Assembly: GCA_038087875.1 (NCBI GenBank)
Contig: CM075999.1
Span: 2,730,001 to 2,794,000, forward strand
Length of the DNA: 64,000 nucleotides
Reading direction: 5' to 3'
DNA from: Malacoraja senta
Lineage: Eukaryota
The position numbers and the translations under genes were made by a program. The notes under the pieces were generated by a model, which was not told where the DNA came from, searched no databases, and saw only the letters and a program-made list of their open reading frames with translations. Below, one piece after another: positions 23,775 through 36,700 of the stretch (its first letter is position 1; every line of letters begins with the position of its first letter).

Positions 23775-25584
23775 AAAGCATTTTCAAAGTTGCTTTCCTG
23801 CTGAGAAATAGTTTAAACTATGTCGGTGGTGCCTGGAAGTAATGTTAGCCAGTGATTAAGTGTTTTCATGGTTATTTCAATGATTATGCATTTCAAATAA
23901 AATACAGAGGTTCTTGTAATTGCATGGCATGTGTTAATAAAGTGCCTGAAGTGTGATCTTTTCAGCTTATTTTAGTTTAGTTTTAGAGATGCAGAGCGGA
24001 AACAGGCCCTTCGGCCCACCGAGTCCGCACCGACCAGCGATCCCCGCACACTAACACTATCCTACACACACTGGGGACAATTTACATTTATACCAAGCCA
24101 ATTAACCTACAAACCTGCACGACTTTGGAGTGTGGGAGGAAACTGAAGATCTCGGAGAAAACCCACGCAGGTCACGGGGAGAAAGTACAAACTCCGTACA
24201 GACAGCACCCGTAGTCAGGATCGAACCTGGGTCTCTGGCGCTGTGAGGCAGCAACTCTACCCGCTGCACCACCATGCCGCCCTGAAAGCTTTCATTCATA
24301 GTGTTCAAAAATAGTTCAGCTCAGTTTAGTTTATTGTCAGCTGTACCGAGGCACAGCGAAAAGCTTGTGTTGCATCCTAACCAGCCAACAGATGTTGGGG
24401 GAGTCCAGAACCAGGGGCCACAGTTTAAGAATAAGGGGTAAGCCATTTAGAACGGAGATGAGGAAACACTTTTTCTCACAGAGAGTTGTGAGTGTGGAAT
24501 TCTCTGCCTCAGAGGGCAGTGGAGGCAGGTTCTCTGGATGCTTTCAAGAGATAGCTAGATAGGGCTTAAAAATAGCAGAGTCAGGGGATATGGGGAGAAG
24601 GCAGGAACGGGGTACTGATTGGGGATGATCAGCCATGAACACATTAAATGGCGGTGTTGGCTCGAAGGGCTAAATGGCCTACTCCTGCACCTATTGTCTA
24701 TTGGCTATTGTCTAAAATAACAGGGTTAGACAGGCTAGGACTATGTTCCTTGGAGTGTAGGAAGCTGAGGAGTGATCTTGTAAAGGTTTCCTCCGGGTGC
24801 TCTGGCTTCCTCCCACATCCCGAAGACGTGCGGGTTTGTAGGTTAATTGGCTTCTGTAAATTGCCCCTAGTGTGTAGGGAGTGAATACTAAGGTGAGATA
24901 AGATGGAAGTAGTATGAAGATCGATGGTCGGCATGGGCTCAGCGGGCTGAAGGGCCCATTTCCATGGTGTGGCTCTAACCAAATCTAAAACTAAAACAGA
25001 CGCCCCTGATGCTGGGACCTGCACATATCATAAGGAATAGGAGTAGAATTAGGCCATTCGGCCCATCACGTCTACTCCGCAATTCAATCATGGCTGATCT
25101 ATCTCTCTCTCCTAACCCCATTCTCCTGCCTTCTCCCCATAACCCCTGACACCCGCACTAATCAAGAATCTATCAATCTATGCCTTACAAATATCCACTG
25201 ACTTGGCCTCCACAGCCTTCTATGGCAATGAATCCCACAGATTCACCACCCTATGACTAAAGAAATTCCTCCTCACCTCCTTCCTAAAGGAACGTCCTTT
25301 AATTCTGAGGCTGTGACCCGACCCGAAAAGTCACCCATTCCTTCTCTCCACAGATGCTGCCTGTCCCGCTGAGTTACTCCAGCATTTTGTGTCTATCTTC
25401 GAGTTAAACCAGCATCTGCAGTTCCTTCCTGCACACTTCCTCTTCAGTTCAGCTTAGTTGAGTTTATTGAGTTTAGTTTGAGTTGAGACTGTTCCCAGCC
25501 TGAAGGAAGGTGTCCCGACCCGAAACATCACCTATCCATGTCCTCCAGAGATGCCGCCTGTCCCGCTGGGTTACCCGTGTCTCA

Positions 25585-26033
25585 CTTTTACGAGGCGCTT
25601 TTTATTAAGGACACGGCGCCGCTGTTGGGACGCGCTGGTTGGGTCTGGGAGGAGCGGGGGGTCCTTGTGTCCGAGGGTCGCTGCTCCCGGCCGCCAGTTG
25701 TCACTCAGTCCCACTGGAGGCCGGGCCCAGGATCCGGCAGCGATTGGAGACAGGCGAGGATATCATCTATCATCTATCATCCACCCACCCCCTCACTCGC
25801 CAGTGAACGTGGAGTTCTTCCAACGCCCGTGTCCCCGGCAAAGTAGCTGCGAGTCATGTCCAAAGTGTGTGGAATATCCCAGTCACTCCAACAACTGCCC
25901 GGCGCTAGCTACACCTTACACGCAGGAGGGACTCCCTTTACAGACTGCTAACTCACCCTGCGAGCCTCCCCTTGCCAAGAGTATTAGATTCCTCGGTGGG
26001 ACTCTGGGGTGGACTATGCTCGAGTCTTGTTAG
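25585..26033 (+). promoter_or_regulatory. CpG-rich putative promoter and non-coding first exon of the VGLL gene (copy A)
   Basis: Unique CpG-rich island among repeats, reverse CCAAT (ATTGG, 25743-25747), strong donor AG|GTAAGC at 26033/26034, 2.4 kb upstream of the Tondu exon acceptor. The TSS is not determinable. Confidence 0.55.
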
Positions 26034-28488
26034 GTAAGCTTGGAATGTTAGCTGTTTTTATGTACTATGTACTATCTCTCTGTCAATCGCCGCCTATATC
26101 TCTCGTCCCCCACCCCCCGAAGACAGACACAAACATGCTGGAGTAACTCAGCGGCACAGGCAGCGTCTCTGGAGAGAAGGAATGGGTGACGTTTCGGGTC
26201 GAGACCCTTCTTCAGACTCCTTTCTCCTGACTCTCAGTCTGAAGAAGGGTCTCGACCCAAAACGTCACCCATTCCTTCTCTCCAGAGATGCTGCCTGTCC
26301 CGCTGAGTTACTCCAGCATTTTTGATGTCTTCAATAGTCGATACCGTTTCGGGTCGAGACCCTTAAAAAGTTTATGTTTAGGAAGGAACTACAGATGCTG
26401 GTTTAAACTGAAGATGTATGCAAACTGCTGGAGTAACTCAGCGGGTCAGGCAGCATCTATGGAGAGGATGAATTTCGGGTGGCTTTTCGGGTCGAGACCC
26501 TTCGTTAGACTCTATTCGCAACGTTGAACAGACAGTCTAGTGTGGTTCCCGGTTCAGAAGAAAGTTCCAGATCCGTAAAGTCGCCCGTCCATTCCCTCCA
26601 CAGATGCTGCCTGACCCGCTGAGTTCCTCCAGCATTTTGTGTTTGGTCGGGACTGCTCGGTGCACAGCTGTCCCATCCCGGTCTTCCACCGGTGGGGAAC
26701 TGAACCAACCGCAGGTAACGTTTCCTAAGTGAAGCACAACGAAATTCTCAGCATCTGCAGTTCCTTGTGAAATTAAACTTCATCTCAAATTGGCCCAAAT
26801 CTGGAGTTCACTTTTTGAAAGGGTAGACACAGAGTGGTGGAGTAACTCAGCGGGACGGGCAGCATCTCTGGAGAACATGGATAGTAAGGAGCGAAAGAAA
26901 TACGAAAAAGTAATGATGATAAAGGAAACAGGGCCATTGTTAGCTATTTGTTGGGTGAAACCAAGAAGCTGGTGAACTTGGGTGGGGGAGGGAATGTCGG
27001 GGGTTTCTGTCCCGCTGAGTTACTCCAGCTTTGTTGTGTCTCTTCGCTTCAACCCTTCAACAATATTCTGTTGTGCTGCAGCAGGCAAGAATTTCATTGT
27101 CCTATCTGGGACACATGACAATAAAACTCTCTTGACTCACTAATTGTGACAGAAGAAATATCAGATTGGGAAAAAAAAATACAGATACAACGTGCTGGAG
27201 TAACTCAGCGGGACGGGCAGCATCTCCGGAGAGAAGGAACGGGTGACTTTTTTTAAAAAGAATTTCGTTGTTCCTTTCGCAATTACTTGACCCTTCAAGT
27301 AATTTGAGCCGAGTGTTCTGCTGTGATTTCTGTTTAAATACATACCGAATTGCGTTGTTAAATATAGAAACAAGGGACTGCAGATGAAGGCGCAAAAAGA
27401 CACAAAGTGCTGGAGTAACTCAGCGGGTTCAGGCAGCATCTCTGGAGAAAATGAATAAGTGGCGTTTTTGGGTCGAGACCCTTCTTCAGAGACGCTGCCC
27501 CGACCTCCTGTACTTTTGTGTTTAAGAAAGAACTGCAGATGCTGGAAAAATCGAAGGTAGACAAAAACGCTGGAGAAACTCAGCGGGTGAGGCAGCATCT
27601 ATGGAGCGAAGGAAATAGGCGACGTTTCGGGCCGAAACCCTTAAGGGTTTCGGCCCGAAACGTTGCCTATTTCCTTAAGGGTTTCGGCCCGAAACGTTGC
27701 CTATCCCTCTCTCTCTCTCTCCATCCCTCCCCCACCCTAGTTCTCCCACTAGTTTCACTGTCCTCCTGATAGAATGTTACTGATTGTCCCCTCAGCCAAC
27801 AATGTTCTTCATTTCTTTACTCCCCTTTGATCTCTCGTTTTCACACCTCCCCCCCACCCCCCCCCACCCCCGACAACTTGCAATGGCCTATCTCCTTTAT
27901 CATCGTTACTTTTTTGTATATCTTGCATTCATTTATTTGTTCTATATCTCTCTCTACATCACCGTCTATACCTCCTCGTTTCCCCTTTTCACCTGACTCT
28001 CACAGTCTGAAAATTATTGTTAAGGGCTTGGACACGCTAGAGGCAGGAAACATGTTCCCGATGTTGGGGGAGTCCAGAAACAGGGGCCACACAGTTTAAG
28101 AATTTAGAACGGAGACGAGGAAACACTTTTTCTCACAGAGAGTGGTGAGTCTGTGGAATTCTCTGCCTCAGAGGGCGGTGGAGGCAGGTTCTCTGGATAC
28201 TTTCAAGAGAGAGCTAGATAGGGCTCTTAAAAATAGCGGCGTCATGGGGATATGGGGAGAAGGCAGGAACGGGGTACTGATTGGGGATGATCAGCTATGA
28301 TCACATTGAATGGCGGTGCTGGCTCGAAGGGCCAAATGGCCTACTCCTGCACCTATTGTCTATTGAGACGCCACCCATTCCTTCTCCCCAGAGATGCTGC
28401 CTGTCCCGCTGAGTTACTCCAGTTTTTTTAATGTCTCCCTCTTGCAGATTGTCAGTGTGTGTGTTCGCGAGTGCAGTGGGGTTTGTCG

Positions 28489-28711
28489 ATGGAAGCCTCA
28501 ACTTCTTCCAGCCCGGCCACCAGCAAAGAGGAGGCGCGGAGGGAGCAGGAGCGACCCGAGGCGGAGTACATCAACTCCAAGTGTGTCCTCTTCACCTACC
28601 TCAACGGGGACATCAACGCGCTGGTGGACCAGCATTTCACCCGCGCTCTGAGCAACTATAACCCCGACGCCAGAAGCACCAGAGGCCGCAAAGGGAGCAC
28701 TGGGTCTTCAG
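28489..28711 (+). CDS. Vestigial-like (VGLL2-like) Tondu/Vg-domain exon, copy A (exon 28448-28711; putative start ATG 28489)
   Basis: MEASTSSSPATSKEEARREQERPEAEYINSKCVLFTYLNGDINALVDQHFTRALSNY... matches the VGLL1-3 TEAD-binding motif (cf. VGLL2 PEAEYINSRCVLFTYFQGDISSVVDEHFSRALS). Acceptor TCTCCCTCTTGCAG| at 28447, phase-1 donor CAG|GTACGG at 28711. Confidence 0.92.
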
Positions 28712-30390
28712 GTACGGATCTGAACTCAATGCCCGATGTCTTAAGAAGGCTCCCAACCCGAAACATCGCCTATTAGAGTCACAACCAGGGGTTCCATCCT
28801 GTCTGTACGGAGTTTGTACGTTCTCCCCGCGACCCGCGTGGGTTTTCACCGGGTGCTCCGGTTTCCTCCCACACGTGCAGGTCTTTGTAGGTTGACACAA
28901 AATGCTGGAGTAACTCAGCGGGTCAGGCAGCTTCTCTGGAGAGAAGGAATGGGTGACGCTTTCGGGTAGAGACCCTTCTTCAGACAGGTTTGTAGGTTAG
29001 TCAATTGGTTTGTGGTCAATGTAAATTGTTCCTAGTGTGTGTATGGTGGTGTCAGTGTGCGGGGATCGCTGGTCGGCGTGGACTCGGTGGGCCGAAGGGC
29101 CTGTTTCTGTGCTGTATCTCTAAACTAAACGAGATATGTCACCAACAGTGCTCCGGGCATTTCGCTGCAGAGTTCATGACCATTTCCTCGAGCATTTACA
29201 CGGTTTACGTGCAATATAAAATGTTGTGTTTGTTTGCAAGTGGCTGCAAGAAAATTATTGCAACGCCATGCTCCATCCATAAAAAATACTAAGACTTGGC
29301 CTGGGTGTTTGTTCATTACTAAACGCTCTAATCCTGACCACTGTATAAGAAGGAACTGCAGATGCTGGAAAAATCGAAGGTAGACAAAAATGCTGGAGAA
29401 ACTCAGCGGGTGAGGCAGCATCTATGGAGCGAAGGAAATAGGCAACGTTTCGGGCCGAAACCCTTAAGGGTTTCGGCCCGAAACGTTGCCTATTTCCTTA
29501 AGGGTTTCGGCAGCATCTATGGAGCGAAGGAATAGGTGACGTTTCGGGTCGAGACCCTTCTTCACCACTGTCAAGTCAAGAGAGTTTATTGTCATGTGTC
29601 CCAGATAGGACAATGAAATTCTTGCTTGCTGCAGCACAACAGGATATTGTTAGCAAAAATACAGAACAGTTCAGTTCATTATACACATAAATTAGCAGAT
29701 AAAGTGCAAGAGGCTGTTACAGTTCAGAGTTTGTTTGTTGGAGAATTTAATAGCCTGATGGCTGTGGGGAAGTAGCTATTCCTGAACCAGGATGTTGCAG
29801 ATTTCAGGCTCCTGTACCTTACTTTATTTACTTTCCAAGGTTGGAATCAATGGCCAGTCCATTTTGAACACTTGAAGGGTTGAAGCGAAGAGACACAAAA
29901 AGCTGGAGTAACTCAGCGGGACAGAAACCTCTGACATTCCCTCTCTCTCTTTCCCTCCCCCACCCAAGTTCACCAGCTTCTTGGTTTCACCCAACAAGTA
30001 GCTAACAATGGCCCTGTTTCTTTTACCATCGTGACTTTTTCGCATATCTTTCGTTCGTTGTTCTTTATCTCTCTACATCATCGTCTATATCTCACATTTC
30101 CCTTATCCCTAACCAAGGGTCTCAACCCGAATCGTCACCCGTTCCTTCTTTCCAGAGATGCTGCCTGTCCCGCTGAGTTACTCCAGCTTTTTGTGCCTGT
30201 CTTCGATTTAAAGCAGCATCTGCAGTTCCTTCCTACACGAGGGTTGAAGTGAACTAGACCTCCTCACAGCAAACAAATTAAACCATAAATATATAGACGG
30301 GCAAGTGGAGAACAGAGAACAGGTGTAATCTAGGGATATAGTTTCACTAAACACCAGGTTAAATCCAGATAGCTACAAAGTCGAGCTCAA

Positions 30391-30395
<5 letters not shown>

Positions 30396-30441
<46 letters not shown>
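30396..30441. repeat. (GA)n microsatellite; copy B at 52372-52417
   Basis: Pure GA run. Confidence 0.95.
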
Positions 30442-30444
<3 letters not shown>

Positions 30445-30829
30445 TGAGAAGAGACAAAGCAACCTGAAAACCTCCAACTTCAATTGTAAACAGAAGCCTA
30501 GATTGTTGAGTCACAGAGCCAGAGCATGATAGAGTGATACAGCGTGGAAACACAGGGCCCTTCGACCCAACTTGCCCAAACTGACCAATATTCAATTCAA
30601 TTCAATTCAATTCCTTTATTGTCATCTTGCAAGCAACAGTTGTACAGTGCAAAACGAAAAGACATTTCCCAGGGAATACCGGAGCATCGCACATGACGTT
30701 TAAAATATTTCACACATAATGACACTAAAAACAATCCAGTCCCTGATGGAACAGTATAAAGTTAAAATAGATAAAAACAACGTTAAAATACAGTAAAACC
30801 AATCATAAACATGTCCGGGGTGGCTGATT

Positions 30830-30917
30830 TGAGTGGCCAGTGCCAGTTATTGAAGTGGCCAGTGCCAGTTATTGAAGTGGCCAGTGCTAGTTATTGAAGT
30901 GGCCAGTGCCAGTTATT
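30830..30917. repeat. 22-bp tandem repeat x4 inside a minus-strand LINE 3' UTR remnant (~30594-30985, (TTCAA)n tail)
   Basis: TGAAGTGGCCAGTGCCAGTTAT repeated; copy B at ~52806-52893. Confidence 0.85.
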
Positions 30918-33510
30918 ATAGTGTCCCTGCCAAGCCGCAGAATCAGGTGACTGTGAGTACAGAGTGGCTGTTTAGCAGCCTTACAGCAATATGCCCCATC
31001 TACACTGTGCAGGAAGGAACTACAGATGCTGGTTTATAGACAATAGACAATAGGTGCAGGAGTAGGCCATTCGGCCCTTCGAGCCAGCACCGCCATTCAA
31101 TGTGATCATGGCTGATCATCCCCAATCAGTACCCCGTTCCTGCCTTCTCCCCATATCCCCCGACTCCGCAATTTTTAAGAGCCCTATCTAGCTCTCTCTT
31201 GAAAGCATCCAGAGAACCTGCCTCCACCGCCCTCTGAGGCAGAGAATTCCACAGACTCACCACTCTCTGTGAGAAAAAGTGTTTCCTCGTCTCTGTTCTA
31301 ACCCTGGATAGACTCAAAATGCTGGAGTAACTCAGCATCTCTGGAGAAAAGTCTGAAGAAGGGTCTCGACCAGAACCATCACCTGCATCTGTTCTCCAGA
31401 GATGCTGCCTGACCCGCTGAGTTACTCCACCATTTGTGTCTATCTTCCGTCACATCTACGCTAGCCCCACCTGCCTGCGTTTCGCCCGTATCCCTCTATA
31501 CCTGTCCTATCCATGTACCTGTCTAAATGTTTCTTAAACATTGTGATAGCACCTGCAAGGGTTCTTTCTTCTCCAGAGATGCTGCCAAATGCACTGAGTT
31601 ACTCCAGCATTTTGGCAGTATAAACCAGCATCAGCAGTTCCTTCCGACACATTTTGTCTGCCTTCTCTTTACCCTACAGTGCCCTTCGGCCCACCTGCTC
31701 TGACCTGTCCCAGTTTTGTGATCTTCTGCAGTAAGAGGGGAATAAATAGATCAGCCATGACTGAATGGAGGAGCAGCTTCGATGGGCCGAATGGCCTAAT
31801 GCTCCTATGCCTTATGATTTTATGGTTCTCCCACCTGTAACCTATTCTGTCTCATTTGTCATCGACTCACCCTCCACCAGATGATAGCCCTGACCTGCCC
31901 AATCGGGACAATGTACTGTGGCTCAATAACCTAACAACTTCAATAGGATGCGGGAGGAAACTGGAGCACCCATCAACCTCCCATGTTACAAAGAATACAA
32001 TAGGCAAAGACAATAGACAATAGACAATAGGTGCAGGAGTAGGCCATTCAGCCCTTCGAGCCAGCACCGCCATTCACTGTGATCATGGCTGATCATTCCC
32101 AATCAGTACCCCATTCCTGCCTTCCCCCCATATCCCCTGACTCCACTATCTTTAAGAGCCCTATCTAACTCTCTCTTGAAAGCATCCAGTGAATTGGCCT
32201 CCACTGCCTTCTGAGGCAGAGAATTCCACAGATTCACAATACAATGCAAGTTTTGTTCCATACCGCATGGTGGTGCAGCGGTAGAGTTACTGCCTTACAG
32301 TACTTACAGCCCCAGAGACCCAGGTTCGATCCTGACTATGGGTGCTGTCTGTACAGAGTTTGCACGTTCTCCCCGTGACCCGTGTAGGTTTTCTCTGAGA
32401 TCTTCGGTTTCCTCCCACGCTCCAAAGACATGCAGGTTTGTAGATTAATTGGCTTGGTATAAATGTAAAAAATCATCCCTAGTGTGTGTAGGATAGTGTT
32501 AGTGTGCGGGGATCGCTGGTCGGTGCGGACTCGGTGGGCCGAAGGGCCTGTTTCCGCGCTGTATCTCTAAACTAAACTAAATCTCTTTATGCTCAATGTT
32601 CTAGTAACACAGGTAACATAGAAACATCGAAAATAGGTACAGGTGTAGGCCATTCGGCCCTTCGAGCCAGCACCGCCATTCAATATGATCATGGCTGATC
32701 ATCCACAATCAGTAGCCCGTTCCTGCTTTCTCTCCATATCCCTTGATTCCGTTAGCCCCAAGAGCCACATCTAACTCTCTCTTGAATACATCCAGTGAAT
32801 TGGCCTCCACTGCCTAAAGGGGGTGTATGGTGTGAATGCCTTCCATCCGCCAGGGCATTGAATATAAGAAAAAGGTGACAAAGTGCTGGAGTAACTCAAC
32901 GGACTCAATCAGTCTGAACAAGGGTGTGAAAAAGCTCCCCATCAGGTTCTTATTATCTCTTTCCCTCACACCTTAAACCTATGTCCTCTGGTTCTCCGTT
33001 CCCCTACTCTGGGCAAGAGACCCTAGTTAATGATTAGTACAGGTGTCAGGGGTTTATGGGGAGAAGGCAGCAGAATGGGGTTGAGAGGGAAAGATAGATC
33101 AGCCATGATTGAATGGCGGAGTAGACTTGATGGGCCGAATGGTCTCATTCTGCTCCTAGAACATATGAACTTATGAACTCTGGGTGCGTTTAGTGGATCT
33201 ATTCCTCTCATGATTTTGTCCATGTGGACATTCAAAAGATAATTTAAATCTGGTGTTTCCAAAGATTATGGAGACCTGGGTGGCACGGTGGCAGCGGAGG
33301 AGTTGCTGCCTCACAGCGCCATGGACCCGGGTTCAATCCTGACTACGGGTGCTTGCCTGTACAGAGTTTGTACGTTCTCCCCGTGACCTGCGTGGGTTTT
33401 CTCCGAGTTCTTCGGCTTCCTCCCACACTCCAAAGACGTGCAGGTTTGGAGGTTAATTGGCTTGGTGTAAATGCAAAAAAAAAGTCTCTAGTGTATGTGG
33501 GATAGTGTTA

Positions 33511-33710
33511 NNNNNNNNNNNNNNNNNNNNNNNNNNNNNNNNNNNNNNNNNNNNNNNNNNNNNNNNNNNNNNNNNNNNNNNNNNNNNNNNNNNNNNNNNN
33601 NNNNNNNNNNNNNNNNNNNNNNNNNNNNNNNNNNNNNNNNNNNNNNNNNNNNNNNNNNNNNNNNNNNNNNNNNNNNNNNNNNNNNNNNNNNNNNNNNNNN
33701 NNNNNNNNNN
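33511..33710. other. Assembly gap (200 N)
   Basis: Exactly 200 N, a round placeholder size. Confidence 0.99.
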
Positions 33711-36700
33711 CAGTAGGATGCTAGGCCTCTGGGTAGTGTTTGTAGAGCAGAGGGATCTAGGAGTACAGGCGCAATGGTTCCTTGAAGGTCGAGTCGCAGG
33801 TAGATAAGGTGGTCAAAAAGACTTTTGGCACTTTGGCCTTCATCAGTCAGAGTATTGAGTATAGAAGTTGGGACATCATGTTGCAGTTGTATGAGAGCCA
33901 GCACATCATTCCTCAGATATGGTGCCCAAAATTGTTCAAAGCATTCCAAATGAGGCCTTACCAGCAACTTATGGAGCCTCAACATTACATCCCTGTTTTT
34001 GGTTTCAAGCCCTCTTGAAATAAATGCTAGCATTAAGTTTGCTTTCTTACTAGCGATTGGACCTGCTAATTGACTCTTTGGGAATTCTGCACCAACATTC
34101 CCAAGTCCCTTTGCACCCCTGATTTCTGGATTCTCACCCCATTTATTCCTGCTACCAAAATGCACGACTCCACACTTTGCTACACTATATTGCATCTGCC
34201 ACTTCTCTGCCCACTCTCCCAACCTGTCCAAGTCCTTCTGCAGAGTCCCTGCTTTCTTTACACTACCTGCCCCTCCACCTATTTTCGTATCAGATCCGCA
34301 AACATTGCAACAGAGCCATCAATCCCCTCGTCAAATCATTAATATACAACGTGAAGAGTAGCGGCCCCAGCACCGAGCCCTGCGGAACACCGCTAGTCAC
34401 TGGCAGCCAACCTGACTAGGTGGACACAACTAGGAAAACAAAGGTAGACGCAACAAAGGTAGACAAAAGGTGCTGGAGTAACTCACTGGGACAGGCGACA
34501 TCTCTGGAGGAAAGGAATAGGTGACGTTTCAAGTCGGAAACGCTTCTTCAGACCCTGACTCTGGTTCTGAAGAAGGGTTCCGACCTGAAATGTCATCCAT
34601 TTCTGCAGAGATGCTGCCTGTCCCACTGAGTTACTCCAGCACCTGCAGCAGCATAAAACAACAGCCAGAAAGTCCGAGCTTTGTTTTTGAACCCACAGTT
34701 CATTAAGCTCTAAAATCCTAACCTTCCATCTACCTCATTGGAAACCTTCAGACTAGCTTTAATTAGACTTTGCTGCACTTTACCTTGCACTAAATGTTAT
34801 ACCATTTATCAATAGACAATAGACAATAGGTGCAGGAGTAGGCCATTCGGCCCTTCGAGCCAGCACCGCCATTCAATGCAATCATGGCTGATCATCCTCA
34901 ATCAGTACCCCGTTCCTGCCTTCTCCCCCTATATCCCCTGACTCCGCTATTTTTAAGAGCCCTATCTAGCTCTCTCTTGAAAGCATCCAGAGAACCAGCC
35001 TCCGAGGCAGAGAATTCCACAGACTCACCAGTCTCTGTGAGAAAAAGTGTTTCCTCGTCTCCGTTCTAAATGGCTTACCTCCTTATTCTTAAACTGTGGC
35101 CCCAGGTTCTGGCCTCCCCCAACATCTGATCTGTTTTGTAGTCAATGTCTACTATGTTCTGTGTGCTGAAGCAAAGCAAGAATTAATTGTCCTATCAGGG
35201 ACACATGACAATAAACTCACTTGACTTGACATCGGGAACATGTTTCCTGCCTACAGGATACCATTTATCCTGTATCTATACACTGTGGACAGCTCGACTG
35301 TAATTATCTATTGTCTTTCCGCTGACTGGATAGCTAGCACACATCAAAAAAGTTTTTCACTGGACCTCGGTACACGAGACAATAAATTAAACTAAACAGT
35401 GGCACAGCTGGTAGAGCTGCTGCCTCACAGCGCCAGAGATCCAGGTTCGATCCTGACCTCGGTTGCTGTTTGTGTGTGGGGTCTGCAAGTTCTCCCTGTG
35501 ACCTGCGTGGGTTTCCTCCGGGTGCTCCGGTTTCCTCCCACAACCCAATGACGTGCGGGTTTGTAGGTTAAATGGTCCTCTGTAGATTGCCCCCTAGTGT
35601 GTCGGGAGTGGATGAGAAAGTGGGAATAACACAGAACTACCACAAACGGGTGATCGATGGTCGCTGATGACTCGGTGGGATGAAGGGCCTGTTTCCGTGC
35701 TTTATCTCTCTAAACTAATATCAAAATCTCAGTCATCCATCACCAAAATCAGCATTAACCAAACCTGACCTCCCGGTGGCTCAGCGCTTCAACTCCCCCT
35801 CCCATTCTCAATCCGACCTCTCTGTCCTGGGCCTCCTCCATGGCCAGAGTGAGCACCACCGGAAATTGGAGGAACAACATCTCATATTCCACTTGGGCAG
35901 TCTGCACCCTAGTGGCATAAACATTGAAGTCTCCCATTTCCGGTAGCCCTTCCTGTCTCCTCCCCTTCTCAGCTCTCCCTCAGCCCTTGGGCTCCTTCCT
36001 TTTTCCTTTCTTCTCCCCGCCCCCACCCTCCATCAGTCTGAAGAAGGGTTTCGGCCCGAAACGTTGCCTATTTCCTTCGCTCCATAGATGCTGCTGCACC
36101 CGCTGAGTTTCTCCAGCATTTTTGTCTACCAAAATCTGGAGTCAGATTGTCAATGGGAAATTGGGCAAGACTTCAAATACATTGCTTCTTGAATGCCAGC
36201 ATTGATTAAAATTATCCTCCTGGTCCTGCATCGAGACATGTCCTGGAATGGAATGCTGAACAAGATGTCAAGTGACGAGCCCTAAGCTGTATCGACTCAC
36301 ATGGCTTAACTTGAACATGGTCCTGTCATCAGTTATGAAAACAGAGAGTGCTGGATATATTCAGCAGAAGAGCAGCATCTGTGGAGAGAGAAACAGAGTC
36401 AGTGTCTCGGATGGAACACCTACCTGCTCAATATTTGCAACATTAATTATTTTCACAATCTTGTGGGCGGCACGTTGGCGCAGCGGAAGGGTTGCTGCCT
36501 CACAGCGCCAGAGACCCGGGTTCGGTCCTGACTACGGGTGCTGTCTGTACGGAGTTTGCACCTTCTCCCTTTGACCGCGTGGGTTTTCTCCGGGTGCTCC
36601 GGTTTCCTCCCACACTCCAAAGCCGTACAGGTTAATTTGGCTTCCGTAAATTGCAAATTGTCCCGATCGCCTCGGATAGTGTTAGCATACAGGGATCGCT

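Larger units (their letters stand above)
12626..33510 (+). repeat. Copy A of ~21-kb tandem duplication (ends at the gap)
   Basis: Colinear and near-identical with 33711-55484; the ORF track is repeated with an offset of ~21.1-22.0 kb. Confidence 0.97.

Noticed and set aside
25538..26033. 102- and 160-aa ORFs over the CpG-rich island
   Set aside because: They start inside a repeat, show no recognisable domain, and stop before or at the donor; explained by GC richness.
28712..28776. ORF extension GTDLNSMPDVLRRLPTRNIAY* after the Tondu exon
   Set aside because: Intron read-through past the CAG|GTACGG donor into repeat sequence.
33457..34231. ORFs spanning the N run
   Set aside because: Artefacts of translating the gap.
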